Below are positions 17,601 to 26,735 of a stretch of 64,000 nt of DNA, piece by piece. The translations under genes were made by a program, and so were the position numbers. Positions within the stretch are counted from its first letter, which is position 1, and each line of letters begins with the position of its first letter. This DNA comes from a virus. The stretch lies in the IMG/VR virus record IMGVR_UViG_3300037501_000212. The stretch is one strand, 5' to 3'. Under the pieces are notes generated by a model, which saw only the letters and a program-made list of their open reading frames with translations, searched no databases and was not told the origin of the DNA.

Positions 17601-19166
17601 ATGCCTACTGCAACCCAAGAAGGTGCTGTTGTAATCGACATGGTGGACAAGCTTTTTACAGATTCAGAACAGGACAAGTCCACATTGGAGAAAAAGCATG
17701 CACTGTATCTTGAGAACATAGAGAACTGGAATTTCTTGCTGGCTTGCTATGAAGGTGCAGAGGCCATGCGCAAGCTGGGATTGCTCTTCCAAAATGAAAG
17801 GGAATCAGACAAGAATTACCAGCGCAGGCTGAAGGAGCTGTACACCTTCAACTACAGTCGCAGCGTGGTTGATCTATTTAACTTCTACCAGTTCAAGTCA
17901 CCTATCCGACGCCAGCTGGCTTCTCTTGGGAATCATCCTGATTGGGAAGACTTTGAGAAGGATTGCAATCGGGATGGTGACAACCTTGACAACTTCATGA
18001 TGGAGCAGTCCAAGATGGCCGACATCCATGGACATGTTGGCATCTTGGTTGACAGACCAAAGGGAGATTTCCAGACAGCTGCAGATGCTCTTGGAAAGTG
18101 GCCATACTTTTGTGCATACCTTCCGCAAAACATACTGGATTGGGAGTTTGAAAGGGACGAAAGTGGTCGCAGAGTGCTGGTCTACATCAAGCTGCTGGAT
18201 GATGAAGGCAAATATCGGCTGTGGTTCCTTGACCACTGGGAGATATGGGAAATCCAAAAGGAGGAAGGCAGTGGTACAGAAAGGGCTGTGCTGCTGGAGT
18301 CAGCTGTCAATCCTCTTGGAGAGATTCCATTTGTTTGGCTGTACTGCAACAAGAGCACCAAGCGAGAGATTGGCAAGAGCGACATTGCCGACATTGCCAA
18401 GATTGATGCAAGCATCATGCGAAACTTGTCCCAGATGGAAGAGATCATCAACTTCGCAGCCTTTCCGATGATGCGGAAGCCTTACAAAGAGCATGGCCAG
18501 ACAGAGCAGCCGGATGATGCTGGTGTTACAGCTGTGCTTGGCTTTGATCCAACCATGCCTGAGTCTAAGCCTGATTGGCTTGAGGCAGCTGTAGAAGGTC
18601 CGATAAATGCCATCCGTGAATTTTTGATGAAGAAGATTGAGGAAATATATCGTGCCAGCAATGCAGGTGGCTTGGCAGCTACAGAGATCCAAGGTCAGGC
18701 CAAAAGTGGTGTGGCTCTTCGCACCGAGTTCCAACTGCTGAATGGAAAGTTGATAAAGAAGTCTGAGAATGTTGTCAAGGCCGAGCGCATGTTGCTTTAC
18801 TTCTGGTGCTTGTGGGTTGGAATTCCAGAGGCTTGGGATGAGGTCAAGATCGAAAGGCCAAGAACTTTTGAGATTGAAGACTTGGCTACCGATTTGAACA
18901 ATGTGCTCACTGCCAAGACCATCGTTGTCAGCAAGACATTTGATGCTGAGTTGCAGAAGATGGTTGTGCGCTTGATGCTGCAAACAGCTGATGATGAGAC
19001 AATCACGACCATCGATGAGGAAATTGAGGAAGCCATTGAGCATAATGAATTGCTTGGATATGGCGAAGGTCTGGAAGGCTACATGAATGGCATGGGTCTG
19101 ACAGAAGAAGATCTTGCAGCTGCAGATCAGATGCCAGAGGAGGAAGAAGCTGAAGAGGAGGTGTGA
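17601..19166 (+). CDS. portal protein
   Basis: 521 aa with an AAGGAG RBS, in the packaging module and followed by a MuF-type protein. Very acidic C-terminus. The call rests on position and size; no family motif was identified. Confidence 0.65.
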   Translation: MPTATQEGAVVIDMVDKLFTDSEQDKSTLEKKHALYLENIENWNFLLACYEGAEAMRKLGLLFQNERESDKNYQRRLKELYTFNYSRSVVDLFNFYQFKSPIRRQLASLGNHPDWEDFEKDCNRDGDNLDNFMMEQSKMADIHGHVGILVDRPKGDFQTAADALGKWPYFCAYLPQNILDWEFERDESGRRVLVYIKLLDDEGKYRLWFLDHWEIWEIQKEEGSGTERAVLLESAVNPLGEIPFVWLYCNKSTKREIGKSDIADIAKIDASIMRNLSQMEEIINFAAFPMMRKPYKEHGQTEQPDDAGVTAVLGFDPTMPESKPDWLEAAVEGPINAIREFLMKKIEEIYRASNAGGLAATEIQGQAKSGVALRTEFQLLNGKLIKKSENVVKAERMLLYFWCLWVGIPEAWDEVKIERPRTFEIEDLATDLNNVLTAKTIVVSKTFDAELQKMVVRLMLQTADDETITTIDEEIEEAIEHNELLGYGEGLEGYMNGMGLTEEDLAAADQMPEEEEAEEEV

Positions 19167-19313
19167 CATGGGCTGTAAAGGAAACTCCTTCAAAGCCAAG
19201 AGGAAGCGCTGAGTCAAGTCTGTTAAAGCTGGTGGAGCCAGCACAAGCAGCGCATATGCCATCTGCACCAAGAGCATAAAAGGCAAGAGCAAGAAGAATA
19301 GGAAGTAGCCCAA

Positions 19314-21407
19314 ATGCCGACACTCGAAGAGATTGCCAAGCAGCAGCGCTACTTCCTTGTTACAAGCATCCAAGAGGATCGTGACAACCTGCTGGCAGCT
19401 ATTGAAGGCTTGGAAAAGCGCATTGTTGACATGGCTCGCAAAAGGCTTGAGACAGACGATGCGCAAAAGCTGCTTGGCCCAAAGGCCAATCTCAAGATGG
19501 CTCAAAAGTTGCATGAGGATCTCGTACGAGAATTCAAGAAGAAGTATGAGGATGTTGTTCTCAAAACAGTTGAAGGCTATGACGAGATTGCTGCAATGAT
19601 CAGAGACAGCTGGGCAGAGCTTGGCACTGTTGTCAGGTACACAGCTGTTGATCGTGAAATGATGGAGGTGTTGAGGAAAGGCTACTACGACGAGTTCACC
19701 AAGTTCGGCACAGATGCTCAGCAGAAGATGACAAGAGCGATGTATGATGCGGTGGCTGGCCAAAGTGGCTTTGATGTACTGGAGTCTGCCATCAGTGCAG
19801 CACTTACTGGCAAGGTTTCAAAGAATGGCCGACCAATGTCAACTTATGCAGCCATGTTTGCCAATGATGCAATCATGAACTTCCACAATGCGGTGACAAT
19901 GAAGAAGGCTGCAGATGTTGGCATCAAGACCTTCCTGTATTATGGCAACCTGATCAATACCAGTCGCCCTTTCTGCATAGAAAGAGCAGGCAAGAAATAC
20001 ACCCAAGAGGAAATTGATAGCTGGACCTTCCCATGGATTGGCAAGTCTGGTCCAGCAATGACACACCGAGGTGGCTACAACTGTCGTCACCACTGGATGC
20101 CAATACATCCTGACTGGAGCAGCAAACCTGAACCACCACCTGCTGTGCCTGAACCACCCAAGCCTCCACCAGACATCAAAATAAAGATCAGCAACCCGAC
20201 TACTCCAGAGGCTGCTGCCAAGTACATGGCTTACCTTTCCAAGAAGGAAGGGGAGCTTCTGAAATTGTTTGACAATGACAAGTATCGATCAATTCACCAG
20301 CGCTTGATAGAAATAAAGCTTGACAATGACTTGCTGAAGATAAATGAGGATGCATTTGCCTATCTGAAGACTGAATTTGATTCAATGGGCATTGACAAAG
20401 ATGCAAGCAAGATTGTCAACTCTGTGTTTCGTGTTTGGGGAGAGCAGCGCAAAGCCAACATAATCATGAGCACCACCAAGGTTGCAACGCCAGCTGTTTT
20501 CCAAGACATGATGAATGATATCAGGATAGGGTACAAGACTGGTGAGTTCACAATGGAGCAAGCAATCAAGGAGCTTGAGAAGCTTGCTTCGGAATTTATA
20601 GATGACTCCATCTATTGGGACTTTACTGGGTGTGATCCAGAGGCAATATACAGCTCCTTGGCAGAGTTGAATGAAATGGCAAAGCTGTATCCAGGTGTCA
20701 TGAAGAGGCTTGAGTACATAGGAACCTATGGCGGCAATGTTTCAAACTTTCCTGTTTCTGTCAAAGAATCTTTGAACATGAAGATAGACAAGTTTGGCAC
20801 TAATGAATTTGCCCATGCCAACTATTCACACGGAACATACATCGGCATCAACCCCAAGTATTACAGCAACTATAACAGATTGAGGAAGAGTGTTGTTTCT
20901 TGCGAGGCTTCTGGACACCACCCCATTGGAACTGATAGGGCTAGCAGCATCATGGTTCACGAGTTTGGCCACATGGTTCAAAGCGAGCTGCGCCACAAGT
21001 TTGGAACAGTGGTTGAAGAATGGGAGCAGTTCTTTATGAAGGGAACCTTTGTCAACAAGAAAAGGCCAAAGGTGCAAAGTGATAATCCGATGTTCCTTTC
21101 TGGCTATGCAGTCAAGGCTGGAAGATTGGAGCCATGGGCAGAAGCATTTGCGCAGATGTGGTGCGTAAAGGAGCCTTCAGAGCTTGCTTACTTCACAATG
21201 GAGCTTAAAAGGTTCTTGACCTTTTCCAAGACAGCCAACTACACTGACATGAAATGTCTTGGAAGGATCATCAAGTCAGCATCTACAAAGATATTTGGCA
21301 GCAGCCCATCTCCAACGAAGCTGGCAGAGGTGTTTGAGCAAGCAGCAGACAAGCTTGGTGGAACATACCAAGAAGTTGCAAAGAAATACATGTCAATAAG
21401 GCTGTAG
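19314..21407 (+). CDS. MuF/SPP1 gp7-type minor head protein fused to a C-terminal HExxH metallopeptidase-like domain
   Basis: SRPFCIERAGKKYT...GPAMTHRGGYNCRHHW (MuF signature). Pro-rich linker PEPPPAVPEPPKPPP, then about 400 aa containing HEFGH (20958-20972). Confidence 0.8.
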   Translation: MPTLEEIAKQQRYFLVTSIQEDRDNLLAAIEGLEKRIVDMARKRLETDDAQKLLGPKANLKMAQKLHEDLVREFKKKYEDVVLKTVEGYDEIAAMIRDSWAELGTVVRYTAVDREMMEVLRKGYYDEFTKFGTDAQQKMTRAMYDAVAGQSGFDVLESAISAALTGKVSKNGRPMSTYAAMFANDAIMNFHNAVTMKKAADVGIKTFLYYGNLINTSRPFCIERAGKKYTQEEIDSWTFPWIGKSGPAMTHRGGYNCRHHWMPIHPDWSSKPEPPPAVPEPPKPPPDIKIKISNPTTPEAAAKYMAYLSKKEGELLKLFDNDKYRSIHQRLIEIKLDNDLLKINEDAFAYLKTEFDSMGIDKDASKIVNSVFRVWGEQRKANIIMSTTKVATPAVFQDMMNDIRIGYKTGEFTMEQAIKELEKLASEFIDDSIYWDFTGCDPEAIYSSLAELNEMAKLYPGVMKRLEYIGTYGGNVSNFPVSVKESLNMKIDKFGTNEFAHANYSHGTYIGINPKYYSNYNRLRKSVVSCEASGHHPIGTDRASSIMVHEFGHMVQSELRHKFGTVVEEWEQFFMKGTFVNKKRPKVQSDNPMFLSGYAVKAGRLEPWAEAFAQMWCVKEPSELAYFTMELKRFLTFSKTANYTDMKCLGRIIKSASTKIFGSSPSPTKLAEVFEQAADKLGGTYQEVAKKYMSIRL

Positions 21408-21417
21408 GAGGTGCAGC

Positions 21418-21624
21418 GTGACAATTGGTGACATGCCAAAATGCTATCATTGTAAGTGGTTTGAGAACAACAATGCAGAGGCAGCAAAGGCTGCTGCTGA
21501 TCTAAGCGACATGACATGTCTTGCCTATCCTGCAGGAATACCAGATGAAATATTCTTGCATGGTGTTGTGCATGATTTTGTCAGGTCTGACCAGTCTGGC
21601 ACGTTTGTTTTTGAGCAAGTGTAA
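21418..21624 (+). CDS. hypothetical small protein
   Basis: 68-aa ORF. GTG start after the MuF stop. Confidence 0.4.
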   Translation: MTIGDMPKCYHCKWFENNNAEAAKAAADLSDMTCLAYPAGIPDEIFLHGVVHDFVRSDQSGTFVFEQV

Positions 21625-21708
21625 AAAAACACTTTACTTTTGCGCTCAACTGCAGTAAGATTTGTGTCATGTAAGTGAATCACCCTTGGAACAACCTGGG
21701 GTGAAAAA

Positions 21709-21766
21709 GGCAGCGTGGCCTAGCAAGCAGAGATGCTTGCTGAAACTGCGCTGCCTTTGTTGTTTG
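21709..21766 (+). terminator. nested hairpin followed by a T-rich run (terminator-like)
   Basis: Outer stem GGCAGCG (21709-21715) pairs with CGCTGCC (21749-21755). Inner stem AGCAAGCA pairs with TGCTTGCT. Followed by TTTGTTGTTTG. Confidence 0.45.
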
Positions 21767-21871
21767 TGGGGATCGTCTTGAGCAAGCATAAATCAATTTC
21801 TCATTTCATCGATTCCTCAGCAGAGGAACAATCACACGTGTGTCCCAGTTGGGGCAAGGAGGCTTGAAGCC

Positions 21872-22768
21872 ATGAGCATGAAGATCAAATTGGACGACAA
21901 GAACAACGCTGTAATCACACCTGAAGGCCATGTGGTGTTTGTAGATGCCGATGGCAAAGACTTGCCAGTTGATGTGCCTGGCCTTTATGCAAAAGTCGAG
22001 GAGCTGAATGCTGAGTCTGCAAAGCATCGCAAGCAGCGTAACGAGCTTCGCGACAAGTACAAGATCTTCGAGTCAATCGAGGATATCGTGAAGTGGAAGT
22101 CTGATGCAGAAAAGGCCATGTCTACTGTCAAGAATCTCAAAGACAAGGAGCTTGTTGATGCTGGCAAGATTGAGCAGATCAAGCTCGAGACCATTGCAGC
22201 CAAAGACACCGAGATCAACCAAATCAAGGCCGAGTTCAGCACAATAATCGCTGAGAAGGACAAGATCATTGAGAAGGCCAACAGCGACATCCGTGATCTG
22301 ATGGTGGGTGCTCAATTCCGTCAGCATTCCTACTTCGTCGGAATCGGCGACCAGGCTCCCAAAACACTCCTGCCTCCAGACATTGCTGAGACTTACTTCG
22401 GCAAGCACTTCAAAGTAGAGGCAGGCAAGAACGGATCTCCAACTGTCGTTGGTTATGACAGCAGGGGCAATCAAATCTTCAGCCGTAAGAAGCCTGGCGA
22501 GTTGGCCGAGTTTGATGAGGCCATTGTGCGCATTGTCGAAGAGTATCCTCAGAAAGACCAAATCATGCGCGGTGGAAAGGGTGGCTCTGGTGGTGAAGGT
22601 GGCAGTGGTGGTGGTGCTCGCAAGACTGGCATTGATGCTGAGATCGCCAAGCTTGAAGAAGCCCATGTCAAGGCATCTCAGGCCAAAGATGGTCGCACTG
22701 CAGTGGCCTTGAAGAACAAGATTCACGAGCTCAAGCAACGCAAGTCGCTTGGGTTCACAACGGTGTAG
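21872..22768 (+). CDS. scaffolding protein
   Basis: 298 aa immediately upstream of the capsid gene. Charged coiled-coil-like sequence plus a Gly-rich patch GGKGGSGGEGGSGGG. GGAGG RBS. Confidence 0.65.
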   Translation: MSMKIKLDDKNNAVITPEGHVVFVDADGKDLPVDVPGLYAKVEELNAESAKHRKQRNELRDKYKIFESIEDIVKWKSDAEKAMSTVKNLKDKELVDAGKIEQIKLETIAAKDTEINQIKAEFSTIIAEKDKIIEKANSDIRDLMVGAQFRQHSYFVGIGDQAPKTLLPPDIAETYFGKHFKVEAGKNGSPTVVGYDSRGNQIFSRKKPGELAEFDEAIVRIVEEYPQKDQIMRGGKGGSGGEGGSGGGARKTGIDAEIAKLEEAHVKASQAKDGRTAVALKNKIHELKQRKSLGFTTV

Positions 22769-22854
22769 CAGTGCTGTTGCAAGTTGTCCTTTGTGGTCGG
22801 CTTGCTCAGCAGCCAAAAGCAACTTAGCAAACCACACACAAAGGAGCAATCAAG

Positions 22855-23814
22855 ATGGCAAACACCAATGCAGCTGCAACCGTATGGAACTGCCCCAACT
22901 ATGTGGGCGAGCTTTACATGATCGGAGCGAACCAAACTCCTTACCTCAACCTGATCGGTGGTCTTCAGGGTGCCAATGTGCGCACCGTCGGCGACTTCCA
23001 GTTTGCCTTGGCTCAGCCCTGGGCACTGGAATCTGCTTCTCAGCCGGCAATCACGGAAACGGCATCTTTGACCGCACCCACTGCCTGGACGTATGTCCGT
23101 GGCCAGGATGTCAACACCTGCCAGATCTACCAGCGCCAGGTGTCGGTGTCTTACGCCAAGCAGTCTGTCACTGGCCAGATCAAGGCCGACGCTACTACTG
23201 GCCTGGCAGAGCTGGGTGTGCAGCCGGTACAAAACGAGCGTGATTTCCAAATCATGGCTCACATGCGCCAGATCGCCTTGGATGCAGAGTACACCTTCCT
23301 AAATGGCACCTATCAGCAGGCCACCGATGCTGGCACAGCTGCCAAGACGCGTGGCATCATCACTGCTGCTTCTACCAATGCTGTCAATGCAGCTTCGGCA
23401 GCTTTGAGCAAGGCATTGATGAATCAGTTGCTGCGCACCATGGCAGCCAACGGTGCCGAGTTCGTCAATCCGGTCATCTTCTGCAATGCTTTCCAGAAGC
23501 AACAGCTCAGTGACATCTACGGCTATGCTCCGGAAGATCGCAATGTCGGAGGTGTCAACATCAAGCAGATCGAGACTGACTTCGCGATGCTCGGTGTTGT
23601 CTGGGCTCCACAGGTTCCTACTGCCACCCTGCTGATTGCCGATCTGGCATTCTGCTCTCCGGTGTTCCTGCCTGTTCCGGATAAGGGTGTGTTGTTCTAC
23701 GAGGAGCTGGCTCGCACTGGTGCCTCCGAGAAGGGACAGATCTACGGTCAGATCGGTCTGGACTACGGTCCGGAAGAGTATCACGGCAAGATCACCAGCT
23801 TGTCCACCTCCTGA
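22855..23814 (+). CDS. major capsid protein
   Basis: 319 aa, after the scaffold, with an AAAGGAG RBS and followed by a strong hairpin. Position and composition fit an HK97-fold coat protein. The family guess (DUF5309/SU10-like) is from memory. Confidence 0.75.
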   Translation: MANTNAAATVWNCPNYVGELYMIGANQTPYLNLIGGLQGANVRTVGDFQFALAQPWALESASQPAITETASLTAPTAWTYVRGQDVNTCQIYQRQVSVSYAKQSVTGQIKADATTGLAELGVQPVQNERDFQIMAHMRQIALDAEYTFLNGTYQQATDAGTAAKTRGIITAASTNAVNAASAALSKALMNQLLRTMAANGAEFVNPVIFCNAFQKQQLSDIYGYAPEDRNVGGVNIKQIETDFAMLGVVWAPQVPTATLLIADLAFCSPVFLPVPDKGVLFYEELARTGASEKGQIYGQIGLDYGPEEYHGKITSLSTS

Positions 23815-23846
23815 TGGCTGGCTGTAGTGGTTGCTCGGTGTGTGCT

Positions 23847-23877
23847 GGTGGTAGGTGTGAAAGCACCTACCACCTTT
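23847..23877 (+). terminator. hairpin + TTT after the capsid gene
   Basis: GGTGGTAGGTG-tgaaag-CACCTACCACC followed by TTT. Confidence 0.5.
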
Positions 23878-23929
23878 GCAGCATCGAGCTGGTCAAACTC
23901 TGGCTTCAACCTTTTAGGAGGAACAAACC

Positions 23930-24127
23930 ATGGCAAGCAGACTCAGAGGTCTCACCGAGCGGTCCAACTTCCGCAAGAAGCTGCGGGAGAATCCGGCCAC
24001 TTCTCCGGAAATGCGCGAGCTTTTGGAGCAGCTTGAAGACTCTGTGAATTGGTCTTCGAGTTCTTCGTCTTCGAGCTCCAGAAGCTCTTCGTCTTCGAGC
24101 TCCAGCTCCAGCAGCAAGCTGCCGTAA
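23930..24127 (+). CDS. small protein with a C-terminal poly-serine tail
   Basis: 65 aa with a strong RBS (TAGGAGGAAC...ATG). Ends WSSSSSSSSSRSSSSSSSSSSSKLP (Ser tract 24053-24115). Confidence 0.55.
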   Translation: MASRLRGLTERSNFRKKLRENPATSPEMRELLEQLEDSVNWSSSSSSSSSRSSSSSSSSSSSKLP

Positions 24128-24143
24128 AGCGAGCGGAAAGAGC

Positions 24144-24173
24144 GAATGGCAGTGGTCGTAGCCACTGCCATTC
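24144..24173 (+). terminator. perfect 12-bp hairpin (no U-tract)
   Basis: GAATGGCAGTGG-tcgtag-CCACTGCCATTC directly after the stop of 23930-24127. Confidence 0.35.
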
Positions 24174-24204
24174 ATCAACAAAGGCTATAGAAAAGGAGAG
24201 AGAC

Positions 24205-24588
24205 ATGTCCGCAATCACTTTTCACCAATCAGGCAAAGAGCGCATCGTTTGGAATCCTGCTACATCCAAGGCAGGCGCTGAATTCATTGGTGGCACTTTC
24301 ACGACTGAAGATGAGTCTGTGCAAAAGCTACTGATCAACCTCGGTTACAAGACCATTGAGCAGGTCAAAGCAGGAATTGCAGAGGCAGCTTTGCAAATGC
24401 CTTATTCAAGGCCTGCTGTGCCGTCAACGGAGGCAGGTGGAGCAACTGCAGAGGCTGAAGACAACATCAAGAGGCGTGATCAGACAGCCTTTGCTGACAC
24501 GACAGCTGCTGAGGAAAGCAACAGTCCCAGGCCGACTGTTGCAAGGAATCGGCCAGGCGCAAAGGCAAACAGACGAGTCCAACCCTAA
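24205..24588 (+). CDS. hypothetical head-module protein (decoration candidate)
   Basis: 127 aa starting at MSAITF with an AAAAGGAGAG RBS. The 5' extension in the ORF track (24049) is an alternative-frame reading of the Ser tract. Confidence 0.5.
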   Translation: MSAITFHQSGKERIVWNPATSKAGAEFIGGTFTTEDESVQKLLINLGYKTIEQVKAGIAEAALQMPYSRPAVPSTEAGGATAEAEDNIKRRDQTAFADTTAAEESNSPRPTVARNRPGAKANRRVQP

Positions 24589-24614
24589 GCTGGTAATTCT
24601 CGGAGGTAGCACAA

Positions 24615-25121
24615 ATGTCTTCGTCTTCCTCCAGCTCCAGTTCTTCATGCAGCAGCTCTTCTGAGAGCACCAAAGCAGCTGTTCCTTACTGCACTGAACA
24701 GCATCTCAAGGAAGAACGTCCCAACATCATGCAATATGGTGTTAGCAACTGGGACGACAAAATAGTTGAAGCCAGTGACATCATCAACGAGGACTTGGAT
24801 CTTCGGTGGTACAGAGGTGCTGCTGAAAACCACGGCATGGATTGGCGTGAGTATGCGTTTGATCCAGATCTGCTTTACAGCTCCACAAGGGTGCGCAGGC
24901 TTGCTGTTTACAAATCGCTGGAGTTGATATATCGGTTCTTGACAAAGGACAGCCCAGAAGCAGATGCGTTTGAGCGACAAAGCAAGCTGTATGCAAGCCT
25001 ATACGAAAGGGAGCTCAAGTCACTTACTACTTATGGAGTCGACTACGACTGGGATGCCTCTGGTGGAATCACCTATGAGGAAAAGCGACAGCCAACGTTG
25101 CGACGATTGACGAGGTGCTGA
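24615..25121 (+). CDS. head-tail adaptor-like protein with an N-terminal poly-serine tract
   Basis: 168 aa with a GGAGG RBS. N-terminus MSSSSSSSSSSCSSSSE. The role is inferred from position between the head and neck genes. Confidence 0.45.
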   Translation: MSSSSSSSSSSCSSSSESTKAAVPYCTEQHLKEERPNIMQYGVSNWDDKIVEASDIINEDLDLRWYRGAAENHGMDWREYAFDPDLLYSSTRVRRLAVYKSLELIYRFLTKDSPEADAFERQSKLYASLYERELKSLTTYGVDYDWDASGGITYEEKRQPTLRRLTRC

Positions 25122-25616
25122 TTGGCTGGAAAGTCTGACATAGATCTCCGAGGCTACGAAGAGATACGTCGTTTGCTGTTTCTGGCAGCAAAGGCTGGCA
25201 AGGATGTGCGGCCACTGTTTGAAGAAATTGGGCTGTTCTTGCAATCTCAGATCAAGCTGCGAACTGCAGAAGGACTTGATGTTGAAGGCAGGAAGTTCAA
25301 GCCTTACAGCACTCGTCATGCTGCCAAGCGCAAAAGTCTCGGTCTGCCAATCGACAAGGTTGATCTGTTCTTCACTGGCAGCATGCTTAGCAGCATGAAC
25401 CATGAGGCAGCACAGAGCCAGGTGCGAGTCTTCTTCATGCCAACCACCGACAAGTTTGGTGGTTCCAATCCTGCCAAAGCCTTCTACATCAATGAAGGTC
25501 AAGGTAGGGAGTTCTTCGCAATCAGCAGCAAGGAAGCAGATGACATCTTGAACCTTGCAGCCAGAAGGCTTGTGCAGATTCTAAACACACCAACAGGTGG
25601 TCAGACCAGTGGCTGA
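25122..25616 (+). CDS. virion morphogenesis / head-tail joining protein
   Basis: 164 aa with a TTG start abutting the previous stop. Loosely resembles Mu gpG-type morphogenesis proteins (EEIGLFLQSQIKLR...GRKFKPYS). Weak assignment. Confidence 0.4.
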   Translation: MAGKSDIDLRGYEEIRRLLFLAAKAGKDVRPLFEEIGLFLQSQIKLRTAEGLDVEGRKFKPYSTRHAAKRKSLGLPIDKVDLFFTGSMLSSMNHEAAQSQVRVFFMPTTDKFGGSNPAKAFYINEGQGREFFAISSKEADDILNLAARRLVQILNTPTGGQTSG

Positions 25617-26076
25617 GAACAGCAAGCGAGAGCAAATCCTTGAAGCCATGAAGGGCAGGCTGCTGCAGATGCAGTGGCCCAAAGCTGTCAAGCGCAGTCG
25701 TCCCAGCTTCGACAAGCTTAAGACAATTCCTGGCACCCAGTTTCCGTTCGTGGGATTGACAGGCCAGCTTCCGAGTGCAGTCGGAAGCAGCAAGGTTGAT
25801 CGACGCAATGCTTACGCCAGCTATACAACTTTCATCAGCACACTGCGCTGCGAGATTGTCGTCTATGAGATGGTCTACAATGATGATGAGTATGACAAGC
25901 TCATCAGCAATCGCGCAGATGATATATGGGCCATGATCTATACTGACCCCAGCTTTGGCAACATCTGTTTGAGCTGCTTGATTGAGCCAGAGGTGGTGGT
26001 TGGCTACTGGGATCCTTACCTTGCATTCAAGTTCACTGTCGTGGTGACTTACCAACATGGAACAGGAGGAATCTAA
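25597..26076 (+). CDS. neck/tail-terminator-like protein
   Basis: 159 aa with a GTG start overlapping the previous gene. Positional call only. Confidence 0.4.
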   Translation: MVRPVAENSKREQILEAMKGRLLQMQWPKAVKRSRPSFDKLKTIPGTQFPFVGLTGQLPSAVGSSKVDRRNAYASYTTFISTLRCEIVVYEMVYNDDEYDKLISNRADDIWAMIYTDPSFGNICLSCLIEPEVVVGYWDPYLAFKFTVVVTYQHGTGGI

Positions 26077-26078
26077 AG

Positions 26079-26639
26079 ATGCCCACTCCCCCGAACACCG
26101 AAAACTACACTCTTGGAAAAGGCCGTCTGAGCATTGCCGAATTTTCTGGTGGTGCACCTGGCGCCTACTACGATGCTGGCAATGCTCCCAGTGTCGAAGT
26201 TGAACCGACCACAGAGCGCTTGCCACATTACAGTTCTCGTTCCGGTGCAAAGCTGAAGGACAAGAATCCTGTCATCAGCAACGATTATAGCATCAACATC
26301 ACACTGGACGAGATGGCCACCGAGAACATCCAGAAGTTCTTGCTTGCCAGCCTATCTGGCGGGATCATCAACATGTTCGGCAATGTGGAGGGAGAGTTTG
26401 CTCTGCGCTTTGTAGAGGACAATCCTGCTGGGCCAAATCGGATCTGGCACTTCTGGCGTGGCACGTTGGCTCCCAATGGGCCGATGCAACTGATTGGAGA
26501 TGAGTGGCGCCAGATGAGCTATCGCTTTGAAGGATTGGCAGATTCTGTGAACCATCCGCTGCATCCTTATGCGATTGCATCTCTGAGCTCCAGTTCCAGC
26601 AAGTCGAGCTCCAGTTCCAGCTCCAGCAGCTCTTCGTAA
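26079..26639 (+). CDS. major tail tube protein with a C-terminal poly-serine tail
   Basis: 186 aa immediately before the chaperone and tape measure genes, with a GGAGGA RBS. Ends LSSSSSKSSSSSSSSSSS. Followed by a strong terminator-like hairpin. Confidence 0.65.
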   Translation: MPTPPNTENYTLGKGRLSIAEFSGGAPGAYYDAGNAPSVEVEPTTERLPHYSSRSGAKLKDKNPVISNDYSINITLDEMATENIQKFLLASLSGGIINMFGNVEGEFALRFVEDNPAGPNRIWHFWRGTLAPNGPMQLIGDEWRQMSYRFEGLADSVNHPLHPYAIASLSSSSSKSSSSSSSSSSS

Positions 26640-26661
26640 AGCCAGGACTGGTAGGCCACCA

Positions 26662-26706
26662 AATAAGGCTGCTGCTTGCAATTGTGCAGCAGCAGCCTTA
26701 TTATTT
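26662..26706 (+). terminator. rho-independent terminator-like hairpin
   Basis: AATAAGGCTGCTGC ... GCAGCAGCCTTATT (14-bp perfect stem) followed by ATTT. Confidence 0.55.
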
Positions 26707-26735
26707 CCCGCAACCAAATTGGAGAGGAGAGGCAA

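Noticed and set aside
19210-19245. Selenocysteine insertion at TGA 19210
   Set aside because: Only a weak 5-bp stem (GCTGG...CCAGC) lies downstream. There is no convincing bacterial SECIS-like element and no selenoprotein context.
18300-19763. 487-aa minus-strand ORF
   Set aside because: It is antisense to the portal and MuF genes, which have positional and motif support and an RBS. The ORF itself has no motif, and its composition (Leu/Cys/His-rich) is typical of antisense frames.
24049-24204. 5' extensions offered by the ORF track for 24049-24588 and 36041-39103
   Set aside because: The extra N-terminal residues are alternative-frame readings of the preceding Ser tracts (FVFELQ..., RALARAQAAAQ...). 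Internal ATGs with strong RBSs (24205 and 36200) are much better starts.
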